64,000 nucleotides of DNA from contig NC_047082.1 of the NCBI RefSeq assembly GCF_902459465.1, positions 6,262,001 through 6,326,000 of the forward strand, in the 5' to 3' direction. The notes below the pieces were generated by a model. The model made no database searches, was not told where the DNA came from, and saw nothing but the letters and a program-made list of their open reading frames with translations. This stretch comes from Asterias rubens. Its lineage: Eukaryota. This document shows, piece after piece, positions 25,200-35,539 of this stretch. The position numbers were made by a program, and so were the translations under genes. The stretch's first letter is position 1. The number at the start of each line of letters is the position of its first letter.

Positions 25200-25474
25200 T
25201 TAATAGAAAACTCTTGCGGTTAGATCCCTTTGCAGAAAGTGACACAGAAAATGAGAGTGATGAGTCTGATGGAGATTCAGATTGGGAGGTCCTACACACT
25301 GAGCCTTCAGGGGATCAGTCTCTGGTTCAAGATTTACAGGGCGTGAGCAATGTAGAAGTAGGGGAGCCCCCAAGTTTACATTGCCCTGCATCTGAGCACC
25401 TAAGAAGTTCTCAACGAACTACAAGGGGTAAACACAGCAATCCATTCAGATTGCCCTGTTCAGCTATTAAGTGA
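25178..25474 (+). CDS. Frameshifted C-terminal tail of integrase
   Basis: The -1 frame reads EGGPERVVNRKLLRLDPF...acidic...RRTTRGKHSNP-like tail, the expected continuation of VFRIRP; implies a 1-nt deletion near 25175-25180. Confidence 0.7.
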   Translation, partial: EGGPERVVNRKLLRLDPFAESDTENESDESDGDSDWEVLHTEPSGDQSLVQDLQGVSNVEVGEPPSLHCPASEHLRSSQRTTRGKHSNPFRLPCSAIK

Positions 25475-25725
25475 TTTGTCTTTACTCTGGTGGCGGGGGT
25501 TCTCAGTGATTGCAGAAGGTCAGGGAGTTGTCTTGCTGGAAAGACTTGGGGCATCCAGTTTCCGCAATGGCACACCTTACTGTAGGGCACCACTGGGTAT
25601 TCTGGCTACCAGTGGACTGACATGGGTGTTAGGAAATTGTGTAAATTTGTAATTGATTAAGTGGTAAAGGAGTGGGTTGATAGGGCTTCCTCCCCCTTTT
25701 GTAGTATTGTGTTCTTAAACGGAAA

Positions 25726-26307
25726 ATGAGTTTTGTCCTTTTTGGGCACAGTTTTGTTAAACGCTTGAAAAGGAAGCGAGGTTCTCAGTTTAAAATTGAG
25801 TTACAGAGTAAGGTAGTTCCTGTTACATGTATTGGTGAGGGCGGTCTCACTTTAAGTAGGATTCGGGCAAGGCCGAGGAAGTATTATGAATATTTACGGC
25901 AGGCAAATCCTTTAGTTTTAATTATTGACTTGGGTACAAATGATTTGTGTTCTAAAAATGTTAATCCAAACCAAGTGCATTCTTCACTCTGTGACTTTGT
26001 GTATGAGTTACCCAAGAGGGGTATTAACCCAGAGGTAATAGTGTTTCTGCCAGTACTCCCTAGGACAGGAGGTTTACGGGGTGGTCAGGTCTCACTCGAA
26101 GAATTTAATGATCGAGCAGAGAGATTTAATGATCTTATTCAGCAGTCGACCTTTGTGGAAGACCAATGGTGGTTGTGGGAGCACAGAGGGTTAAAGAACT
26201 CTCGGTATAACCTTGATGGGGTCCACCTGAACACTTCGGGAATGGCACTGTATGAGAAAACGCTTCGTCAGATAACAAAGTACTTTGAATCTCGCATATG
26301 GGCATAA
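25726..26307 (+). CDS. SGNH/GDSL hydrolase (esterase) ORF3 in the env position, 193 aa
   Basis: Block I VLFGHSF (nucleophile Ser), block II GEGG, block III LGTNDL, block V DGVHLN. Intact ATG-to-TAA ORF inside the LTR boundaries. Confidence 0.9.
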   Translation: MSFVLFGHSFVKRLKRKRGSQFKIELQSKVVPVTCIGEGGLTLSRIRARPRKYYEYLRQANPLVLIIDLGTNDLCSKNVNPNQVHSSLCDFVYELPKRGINPEVIVFLPVLPRTGGLRGGQVSLEEFNDRAERFNDLIQQSTFVEDQWWLWEHRGLKNSRYNLDGVHLNTSGMALYEKTLRQITKYFESRIWA

Positions 26308-26564
26308 TTAATGTCAGATGATAATATGCTAATTGTGTTTTCTTGTAGGTTTAAAGAAAAACAAAAAGTTTGGTTAAATACATGTAACTTTTGTTCAAAT
26401 ATTTTCTCTGTTCTATAAAGCAAATATGGGTTGGTGCGAGAAAGATGGTATACATATTGTATTTTGGTGATTAGTATGATTCGCTTATTTGTAAGATTAA
26501 GGGGAACATTTTTATCCTCATGTGATGCTGAATCATTCAATCGATCCTCAGGAGTTGATCGAAC

Positions 26565-26577
26565 TAGTAGGGGAGAA
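26565..26577 (+). promoter_or_regulatory. Polypurine tract
   Basis: (T)AGTAGGGGAGAA immediately before the TGT of the 3' LTR. Confidence 0.8.
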
Positions 26578-27191
26578 TGTGATGAATCAATATTTTATGA
26601 TACCCATGGGCATTTCGTTAATTACGGTGATAAAAAGTTTGTTGAATGACTTTGGTAAACGATAGAGGGCGCCATTGTACTTAAACGGTAGTCGCACGGA
26701 TACAAATGTCAAGGATGTAAAAAGGCATAACTTTTTGGATTATTTTATCTGAGAAAGAATTTGGGTCTCAATCTTGTCTTTATTCTTGTATGTAATGTAA
26801 TTGTACCCATTATTACAAATATTCACTATGCTATTTTCAATATTCAGCTCATTATAGGTGAGTTTGGTAATTAATCAGTGTGTAGCGTAGTAATTTTAGC
26901 CGGGTTAGGCGGAGGGGTCTATTTGTTGCGTCCTTTTTCGTTGTTGGTCTCTAAATGAGTGTCACGTATGACAATGATGAGAGGGTAAAATCCAACATTC
27001 GGGGTGGAGGAAGAAGTTGGAGAGACCCGCTCATGGAGCCAGTTTGATTGCCAATAAATAGAGGAACGGATCGGTTGGTTTTCTTCGGATGGTGAATAAA
27101 TCTGTCAGCAGAGTAACGTATCAGTGAGCAACCCAAAAACAAGGTGTCAGGCCTTCCTTAATTGTCTCCGGACTGATAACAAAACACTACA
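26578..27191 (+). repeat. 3' LTR (614 bp)
   Basis: Matches 19053-19666 except one base; followed by the ATAG target duplication. Confidence 0.96.
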
Positions 27192-27244
27192 ATAGCAAAA
27201 TAAATACACTCATGTTGGTGATGTGATATTTACTTACTAAGTGG

Positions 27245-27440
27245 TAGCCTTGTCCAAGGCTCTTTACGCAAGCACCGGCCCGCTCTGACTTCACGAAATG
27301 CATAGATACTATACCGCACGGCACGTAACAGTACTTGATACCGCGGGGTCGAAGCATGGCTTTCGAGGTATCAACGAGGCTATGCATTTCGTGAAGTCAG
27401 AGCGGGCCGGTGCTTGCGTAAAGAGCCTTGGACAAGGCTA
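27245..27440. mobile_element. MITE with ~60-bp terminal inverted repeats (TAGCC...GGCTA)
   Basis: TAGCCTTGTCCAAGGCTCTTTACGCAAGCACCGGCCCGCTCTGACTTCACGAAATGCATAG and its exact reverse complement ending at 27440. Confidence 0.85.
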
Positions 27441-27576
27441 ACTAAGTGGCGGCCGCCAAATAAGAGCTAGACAAATAATCACGCACTTTTCAAAAAAAAT
27501 AGTTTACCTGTGTCCTTTCCCGGTTCCAAACGACACTACCCGGCACGCGATATCTTTTCCCGCTCGGATCAAACCC

Positions 27577-28021
27577 TAGCCTTTAGTCAAGGCGCACGCG
27601 GCACACCGGATAGCACGCACAGCCCCAAAAATGTAACACACGAAAAAAGACTATCACCGCGAGCGGCGAAGCCGCGAAGCGCCTTTACCAACTCGTTTTG
27701 GGGGCCTTATGTTTTTCTTTACATTTGCCAACGATTTTGGTGGGAGAAAATGTAACGAATTTGCATCGAACGTTCTTGTGACGTCATGCAAGTAATAGTG
27801 GCTTCTTATTGGTCAGCAACTCACCACGCTAATGCATTATGCATTACATTTTCTCCCACCAAAACCGTGGAAAATGTAAAGAAAAACATTAGGCCCCAAA
27901 ACCGAGTTGGTAAAGGCGCTTCGCGGATTTGCCGCTTGCGGTGATAGTCTGTTTTCGTGCGTTACATTTTTGGGGTTGTGCGTGCCATCCGGTGTGCCGC
28001 GTGCGCCTTGACTAATGGCTA
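27577..28021. mobile_element. Palindromic MITE (TAGCC...GGCTA family), full copy
   Basis: Long imperfect inverted arms TAGCCTTTAGTCAAGGCGCACGCGGCAC...GTGCCGCGTGCGCCTTGACTAATGGCTA; partial copy at 12995-13331. Confidence 0.85.
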
Positions 28022-29122
28022 ATCAAACCCGGACTATTCGTACGAGCCTGACGCATCAGTAGAGCTATAATGGTCAACGTCCTTTATGCGACACGACGTG
28101 TTAGTGTGTGGATCCTTCAATAGTGACCTTAACTCTTTAACAGCAACAGGTCAAAGTTTGCATTGCTCTTTTAAGTGAGTTAAATCGTATTCACAGTGAA
28201 GGAATTAGACCACTTGTGTAGCGTGGGAATAAAAGGGAGTGCAACGAGAGTGCCCTCGGCGATCTAGTGGGTACTCACATTCACTGATCACAGACAACTG
28301 ATTTAAAGCCATTGGACACTGGACATTGGTTCACAGATTTACAAATAACTTACAGGGTTTACAGACTTATTATTATTATTCCATCAAATACTCAATTTTT
28401 GAGAAAACATTAAAATAATCATCAATTCTCGATATCGAGAATTACGGATTTATTTTAAACACACGTCATGACACGGCGAAACGTGCGGAAACAAGGGTGG
28501 GTTTACCCGTTATTTTCTCCCGACTCCGATGACCGATTGAACCTAAATGTTCACAGGTTTGTTATTTTATATATAAGTTGTGATACACGAAGTGTGGGCC
28601 TTTGGACAATACTGTTTACCGATGTTTTGCGATTGCTTTACGGAACACGATATAAAAAATGCATCTCCTTCTTTCAGATGGGTTTGAGGAACACAGGGTA
28701 AACAAACATATCCCCTCCCATTTTGTGGTCGGGTTTGAGGAACAAAGATACAACAAAATCTCCTATCGTTATAAAACAGAAACAAACAAGCATTTGTTTT
28801 ATAAAACCTGTTAAAGATGGATGATATGTCCACCATGACCAAATTCAAATAAGATCAACTTAAGTTTGACTCTTTATTTGTTTGTTTCTTGCTGTGTTTA
28901 GTTATTATTTTGTCAAAATTTTGTAGTTCCCCACCCCTGCATTTTTTTAAGGCACCCTTGCATGTTCGGAGCCATTATATAAAACATGGGTCATACTCAA
29001 ATGCGATACGAATGTTGACGACACCAAATCGCATCGAATAATTCGCATCAGTTGACTTGTGCTCAACTCTGAGCCATGGACGTCAACATTCGAATCGCAT
29101 TCGCAGGAAGTATGCACCAAGC

Positions 29123-29934
29123 TTAAAGGCAGTGGACACTAATGGTAATTACTCAAAAACATTATCAGCATATAACCTCACTTGGTAAAGAGTAATGGGG
29201 AGAGGTTGATAGTATAAAACATTGTGAGAAACGGCTCCCTCTAAAGTGACGTAGTTTTCGAGAACGTAGTAATTTTCGACGAGTTTCATTTCGAGACCTC
29301 AAGTTTAGAATTTGATGTCTCGAAATCAAGCATCTGAAAGCACACAACTTCGTGTGACAAGGTTTTTTTTTCTTTCATAATTATCTCACAACTCCGACGA
29401 CCAATCGAGCTCAAATTTTCAGTTTTGTTATTTTATGCACATGTTGAGATACACCAAGTGAGAAGACTTGTCTTTGAAGTGTCGTGGCCGAGCGGTTAAG
29501 AGCACCGAATTTAAACTATGGTGTTTTTGATCAGCAGAGTGTGGGTTCGAATCCCCAGCCGTGACACTTGTGTCCTTAAGCAAGACATTTAACCATTGCT
29601 TCGTCCTTCGGATGGGACGTAAAGCCGTTGGTCCCATGTGTTGTGTAACGCATGTAAAAGAACCCAGTGCACTTTTCGAAAAGAGAAGGGGGTCGCCCCG
29701 GTGTTCCTGGCTGTGGCTGCTGTATGCGCCGTAGCACCTTGTAAACCCTTATAAAGTGCTAAATAATTGGGTCTCAAAATTCATCACTGCAATTACCCAT
29801 CTTTCTAAAAGTGTGTATATACTCAGCGCCTTGAGTACCTTGTTTGGTAGATGCGTGTGCTATATAAGACTTTACTATTATTATTATTATTATTATTATT
29901 TGACAATATTATCAATAGTGTCCAGAGTCTTTAA
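29123..29934. mobile_element. Kolobok-like MITE interrupted by a SINE
   Basis: TTAAAGGCAGTGGACACT left end; the sequence breaks at GTCTTTGA (29477), resumes TTTGACAAT (29899) and ends GTGTCCAGAGTCTTTAA. Confidence 0.8.
29478..29900 (+). mobile_element. tRNA-derived SINE with Deu-type core and L2-like (TTA)n tail
   Basis: A box TGGCCGAGCGG, B box GGTTCGAATCC, core CGGATGGGACGTAAAGCCG...AAAAGAACCC...CGAAAAGAGAAGGGG, 3' GCTATATAAGACTTTAC(TAT)n; apparent TTTGA duplication on both sides. Confidence 0.8.
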
Positions 29935-30307
29935 AGGGTATGGGTACTTTTTGCAGGACAAAACCCCAAATGTCCACAGATTTACGTTAAACTTACATGG
30001 TGTGAAGATAATGATGGTAGGAAGCAGCCCTGAAAATATTACTTGATGAGGTGCCGTAGTTTTTGAGAAATGAGTAAAACAATGTCATGAAAATAATTTT
30101 CGTCTTAGTAATAATTAGACGAAAATTACTTTAGCGTGTAAAAACGTATTTTCATAACATTGTTTTACTCAATTCTCAAAAACTTCAGCACCTCAACATC
30201 TAATATTTTAAGGTGCGCTTTCTACTATCTATCTTAAAACGGTGTAAGTTTAATGTAAATATGCGGCCATTTTGTTTTGTGTCACAACAAGTACCCAAAT
30301 CCTTTAA
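29931..30307. mobile_element. TTAA-flanked MITE (third family) sharing its left TTAA with the preceding MITE
   Basis: TTAAAGGGTATGGGTACTT ... AAGTACCCAAATCCTTTAA. Confidence 0.75.
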
Positions 30308-30722
30308 TGCTGACTGGTGAAGATTGTTTTTCTTTTCAAAAATGTGTGTAAGTCTGCATCATTCCGCGAGAATGTACTCTCGATGGATTCCAGAATGGGT
30401 CTTGAGGTTAGTTGTTATTTCTTTCATTTGCTAAGAATCCGGCAAGGATCTAAACAACACTTGAAATTTGTCAAAGTGGTCTTCAAAAGAGGTACATTTA
30501 TGATAAAGCTTGACTGTTAACTGGTTCATAGACCAATGATTGATACGACAGAGCACCTAAGGGGGGGGGGGGCATCTGAGGGAAAACCCCACAAAGATCA
30601 CGATGAGACCGAACCAGAGACACTTGGTAGGATGTAAATTGAAAAGAACGCTTCTTTTCGTTGGCTATCGTCGGACATAGTTCCAAATTCAATTACTTCC
30701 TTCTTCAAATTAATGATATAGC

Positions 30723-30970
30723 CGAGCGACGCGACGGCGATGTGACAGGCGCCGCAGCAGGTGACGCATCGGCGATGTGACGGGCGAAACAGCAGGCGAC
30801 GCGACGGCGATGTGACGGGCGACGCAGCAGGCGACGCAACGGCGATGTGACGGGCGACGCAGCATGCAGGCGACGCAAAGGCGATGTGACAGTCGAAGCA
30901 GTATGCGACGCAAAGGCGATGTGACAGTCGAAGCAGCATGCAACGCAAAGGCGATGTGACGGGCGACACG
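30723..30970. repeat. GC-rich ~30-35 bp tandem repeat (GCGACGCAAAGGCGATGTGAC core)
   Basis: About 7-8 diverged units, CpG-rich relative to the flanks. Confidence 0.8.
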
Positions 30971-32584
30971 GCACAATTATTATTAATTAAAACATTTCTG
31001 AAGTTAGAATTGAATGTTTGTTATAAACAACAAACTACGTTCTGAGGACACATGTTTAAAAGAGCCTTACAATTGGTAATCCAAAGTTGGGTTTGTAAAA
31101 ATTTATATCATTTGAATCAGACGCATTTTTTGACAAAAAGCAGTAAAATGGAATTCTTCTTTTATGTTGTCGAGTCGAAGCCTATGAAGCTGTTACGTGT
31201 TGAAACAAAGCCAGTCCAATTTCATGGGCTCTGGTTGAACAACCCCCACAAGACTCGAAAGAGGAAGAACATTGCTATAACAACATTTCACAACCGGAAG
31301 TGTTGAATGACCTAGGTTAGGTAACCCATTGTGAAGAAAGTCATCGGCGACACGTTTTTCCGCCTTAGACAAGGCCACGGTAACACAAGTGTTCAATGTC
31401 GTCATCTTGGTCTGAGATCGCGGTTATTCGATCCTCAGCATCAGCCGCGAAAATCACCCCAACATTATTATCTATCACGCACACCCGCCCTGCACCAACT
31501 CGCAATCTCATAGACTTATGAAGGAGGTTAATCTGCAAGAGGGCACTAATATATTATTGGCTATCGGGTAGACTAAAAGCCTCGATCGCAGCCTTCAAAC
31601 CAAGTCTACGGTTCCTAAGCACTATTACACATTTGTTTTTACACGCGTCGGAATTTGTTGCATTGTTTAGATGGTGTTTACGTTGGCACTGGTATATGCT
31701 AACTACGTGAATAGTTCTTTCTGATATCAATCTTCTAGCAAGACCAATGTGGTTGAATTAATCTTTTATAACAACAATATTAGTATGAATCAGTGCGGTA
31801 CATTTGTGCTTTGTCTACGCAGGTTGACTGTTATTTTTTAACCATATAAAAAATGTAGTTTCAGATTTTTCCCAGAAAACTTGTGGAGTATGTTCGACAT
31901 CCTTTCGAAAACAGTTGTTTTGGGTATCACTATCAAGTATAGTTTCTCTTCATTAAAATGAACTTGTTGCTATTTCATTCTCAGCACAAGCTCTACTAAA
32001 GCTGGCCGGGGGTCATCGGCCTAAGAAATTAGGCTTTAACACAATTATACTTTATTGTTTTTTTGCATTCTATAAAGTTATCTATACTACTATGAGCTGC
32101 ACAACTCAGTTTTACATACATTTGTACGCGAACGAAGCCCATAGTAACTTGTTTAGCACAAAGATACATACTTTGGCTTGCAAATCAAACTTTCGTTGCT
32201 TTTATCGAATCATAGCGAAACAATTCGCCATCACTTTCTGCATGGAAAAGAAGGCTCGCCGACTGTGTTTGTGAACGTGAACTAGTAACATATTGGTATT
32301 AGAAATCAATAAGTGATGGATTTATACTGTTATTTTGCTAATCTAAAATAAAAATAAAAAACTTTATTACTATAACACTAGAGGCTTTACGAACAACTAT
32401 AACTAAATAAATACATACAAATCTAGTTTGAGTTGTGAATACTCAAGAATGATCTTTCCGACAGCTGACACAGCTAGTCACTGCCATGTGGCACCTCTGT
32501 AATAGCAGTCTGGGAAATCGTTGCACTCGGGTTATGAAGCCTTGTTTTCCCAGCATTGTAAAGTCTAATAAACCTCAGGGTTAC

Positions 32585-32750
32585 ACACCGATATTCCGAC
32601 ACCCCAATGTATTTCCCTATTCCTCACCCTACAAACCCTAACCCAAACTCAACCCTCACCCTACAAACCCTAACCCAAACTCAACCCTAGCAGGCAAATC
32701 TTGAGGGGTTGTCGAAATATTGGGTTGTCGGATTTTAGAGCTGTCATCAA
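32585..32750. repeat. Small element with a duplicated CCTCACCCTACAAACCCTAACCCAAACTCAAC unit
   Basis: Two 32-bp copies flanked by short inverted motifs (ATATTCCGACACCCC / GGGTTGTCGAAATAT). Confidence 0.55.
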
Positions 32751-33681
32751 ACCTCAGCGGGGCTAGAGATGTTCGTGCCTTACAACAAGTAGAAAAAAAA
32801 TATTTGATATTTTTCCCATCTGGCAGTTTTTAAGAATGAATAGGCCTTATTAGAATTGCAATGAAAACCAACTAGATCATGGCATCCTTGAGCTTGTTAA
32901 TTCGCCTATTTTTGTGAATTGTTTCCTGTTAACCATCATGGCGTACAGCAGTTGAAAGCTTATTCCCTCCTCTTCATATGGTAAATATTTCGAAATAATC
33001 GCTTGTTTGTGGGCTCAGCACCTCGGCTGTCAGTTCGATGTATAGGCCTATACATTACTTTGTGTTTCACTTCGCAAATAAACTTGACATTTGTATACTA
33101 AGCATTATATCGACAATTCCAAGTTTTTGAGATATAAGTACCCATTTCTAAAACATAGCCATATCATTTTCTTTCTCCCCTTGTTTCGACCAAGTTGTTT
33201 GCGACCGTTTACCTAGTTACGGAGTGACCCAGTGAGGACTTGCTCAGTATGTAAAACGCGGTCGAACCACCATGTAACGGTTCCCTTTTGTTAAGGTATT
33301 CGTTTTCACTCGTGGTGGTGTGATGACAACGGATATGTTGTTTAGAGGGAGCGTGCCGTACACTATTCACCGCTCTCGAACAACGGCTGCTGCAATCAAC
33401 AATAAAAAAGAATAGTAATAATAAAAAAAAACGAACAACGAATTCCCTCTTGACATGAGCCAAAATCGATCCGATCTCATTTCTGACACGGAGCTACAAC
33501 GAACAACTGGCAACACAAAATTGATGGGAAAGAAATAAGAGAATGGATAAAAATGACAACTGTGGGAGACAGGATGCTTAAATTATCGTTACTTTGTATA
33601 TACACTGTAGCAAGCAATACTTTTTTTATTGTAGTGTGCACAAAGTGACAGCCGTCCTGTGCCGAAGACGTTACGATTGTG

Positions 33682-33840
33682 TACGAATACCCATGTGGAC
33701 AGACAGCGGCGGGGTTTTTCGTATTCACTTTAGCTTCTGGACCCCAGTAAGCACTAAAATTACGAATACCCATGTGGACAGACAGCGGCGGGGTTTTTCG
33801 TATTCACTTTAGCTTCTGGACCCCAGCAAGCACTAAAATT
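33682..33840. repeat. Local ~90-bp direct duplication
   Basis: TACGAATACCCATGTGGACAGACAGCGGCGGGGTTTTTCGTATTCACTTTAGCTTCTGGACCCCAG occurs twice. Confidence 0.8.
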
Positions 33841-35184
33841 CATTAACGTTTAGTATTCATATGATGGGCCCTGATCAGCAGCAAATGTATTTTGCATAAA
33901 GCGGTATAAAGCAGGTAAAAGCCTCTATTCACTGGTGAAGCACCAAAGAACAGCCTCATTTTTTAATAACGTAGTTTACATCAAAATGGCTGCCACACTT
34001 TGCCGAAGACGATACTCTTGGAAAGACAGCAGCGGTTTTGTCGCGACAGGGAAATCCAAAGAAATGTTCACCCAGAGTCAAGGTATAATAGAAATCAGCC
34101 GCAAACTATTTTGTGATTGGTTGATGACTGTCTTGCTGGGTGAATTGGAGTACCAAACCGAACATAGGCAACATAATATCTTATGGGGGCCATAAACGTT
34201 GCTGTTCGTTAAAAAATTACGAAACAAAATCAGTAAAATTTAATTTGGTTGGTAGCCAACGGTTCTGGAGGTTCAAATACGAGCGAGACTTGCACGTATA
34301 TATTGCACAGTGTATGAACGCATGCAAAACGAATGTTAATGGCAGCTACATATCATGTTTCTTTCCACAACACGGTAGACCGTGTCGGGCGCGTTTTATT
34401 GACAGTCTATTTCGGCAGGTTTCTACATTTTTGTTTGAGGATTTGTGTTTGTGTTTTTTGTTGGGGTTTGGGGATTTTCTTCTCTTTGTAAGGTAAAATT
34501 GTGGTTGTCTTTTCTTCAGTCGGTGCACAATAGAACAAGCATGATGATTGGTGTATCTGTCGGTTATGCGGCCATTTATGTTTATATAGTTATCTGTAAG
34601 TTTGGTTGTTATTTAATGTGTATGTCTTTTTATGTGTCGATCTACTTTAACTTGTTGGTCAGGTTATCTGATGTTTGTGTTATTTCTTGGTCGTTTTGAC
34701 AATGTGTGTTGGTGTTGTTTAATGTGGGCTTTCCCCTTCTTTAGAATGCCGAGGGTAAAGTAATCAGAACTCAGTCTTCCCCACAAGAATCAGGAAGCAT
34801 TGAGTATCGGTACAGCACAACATATAACATTTTCCCCAGATGCCTTTTTATTGCACATTTTTAAAACGAAAGTTGAATTTTCGGCTGCAGCATAAGTTAT
34901 AACACTTCCGTTTTGAATCATATGACCTTAAGTAATGCGTAATAGCTGGAACTATGTTCACATTATGTTTATATTCAAATCACTGCCACATGAATTGAGA
35001 TTTTACGAAAACGTGGTCATTGACTATCCTGGCACCTCTGAACAATGGCAAAGTGCAATAATGAAGGCTTTGTTTTATGCCTGGCTTTACCACCACTGGT
35101 GGCACCCTTCCGGCTGACATTGTTTCTAAACTTCGTCCCGACATTGTCATAATCAATACCCAAACAAAACATGTCCATATTAAT

Positions 35185-35510
35185 TTTGGTTTTTACCCAT
35201 ACACCGATGTGTGTTAGCACCGTATACCCAGTATTTTCCCGGGTCCTGTGTAAAACATATATCACGGGCATGTAACTCGGGTGTGATTCGAACCCACGAC
35301 CCTTGCAATTCTAGGGCAGTGTCTTACTAACCAACTAGACTACCGAGGTTGCCCGGCAGCTAGAGGCAGTTCGATCCTATGTTTTGGCAGCGGGTTCCGC
35401 AACGGTATAACAGATGTTAAATTTGCATCGGGGATAAAGAATATTAATTTGATTTTTACCCATACACCCGATGTGTGTTAGCACTGTATACTCAGTACCT
35501 TCCCGAGTCC
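35185..35510 (-). mobile_element. tRNA-derived repeat unit (about 1.3 tandem copies)
   Basis: Same unit as 10095-10480; the head restarts at about 35455 (TTTTTACCCATACACCCGATGTGTGTTAGCA). Confidence 0.7.
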
Positions 35511-35539
35511 CGTGATGAAAAAGTAACACAGGCATGTTA

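Larger units (their letters stand above)
19053..27191 (+). mobile_element. Full-length Ty3/Gypsy LTR retrotransposon (8139 bp) with an extra SGNH hydrolase ORF
   Basis: TG...CA LTRs at 19053-19666 and 26578-27191; 4-bp target duplication ATAG (19049-19052, 27192-27195); PBS after the 5' LTR; PPT before the 3' LTR; gag, then PR-RT-RH-INT order (Gypsy). Confidence 0.97.

Noticed and set aside
26431-26649. Fourth retrotransposon ORF
   Set aside because: 72 codons, low complexity, overlaps the PPT and LTR, and has no recognisable motif.
33200-33460. Candidate non-coding first exon of the SLC5 gene (TAG|GTAAAC donor near 33212)
   Set aside because: A plausible donor in CpG-richer sequence, but one of many; unsupported without transcript data.
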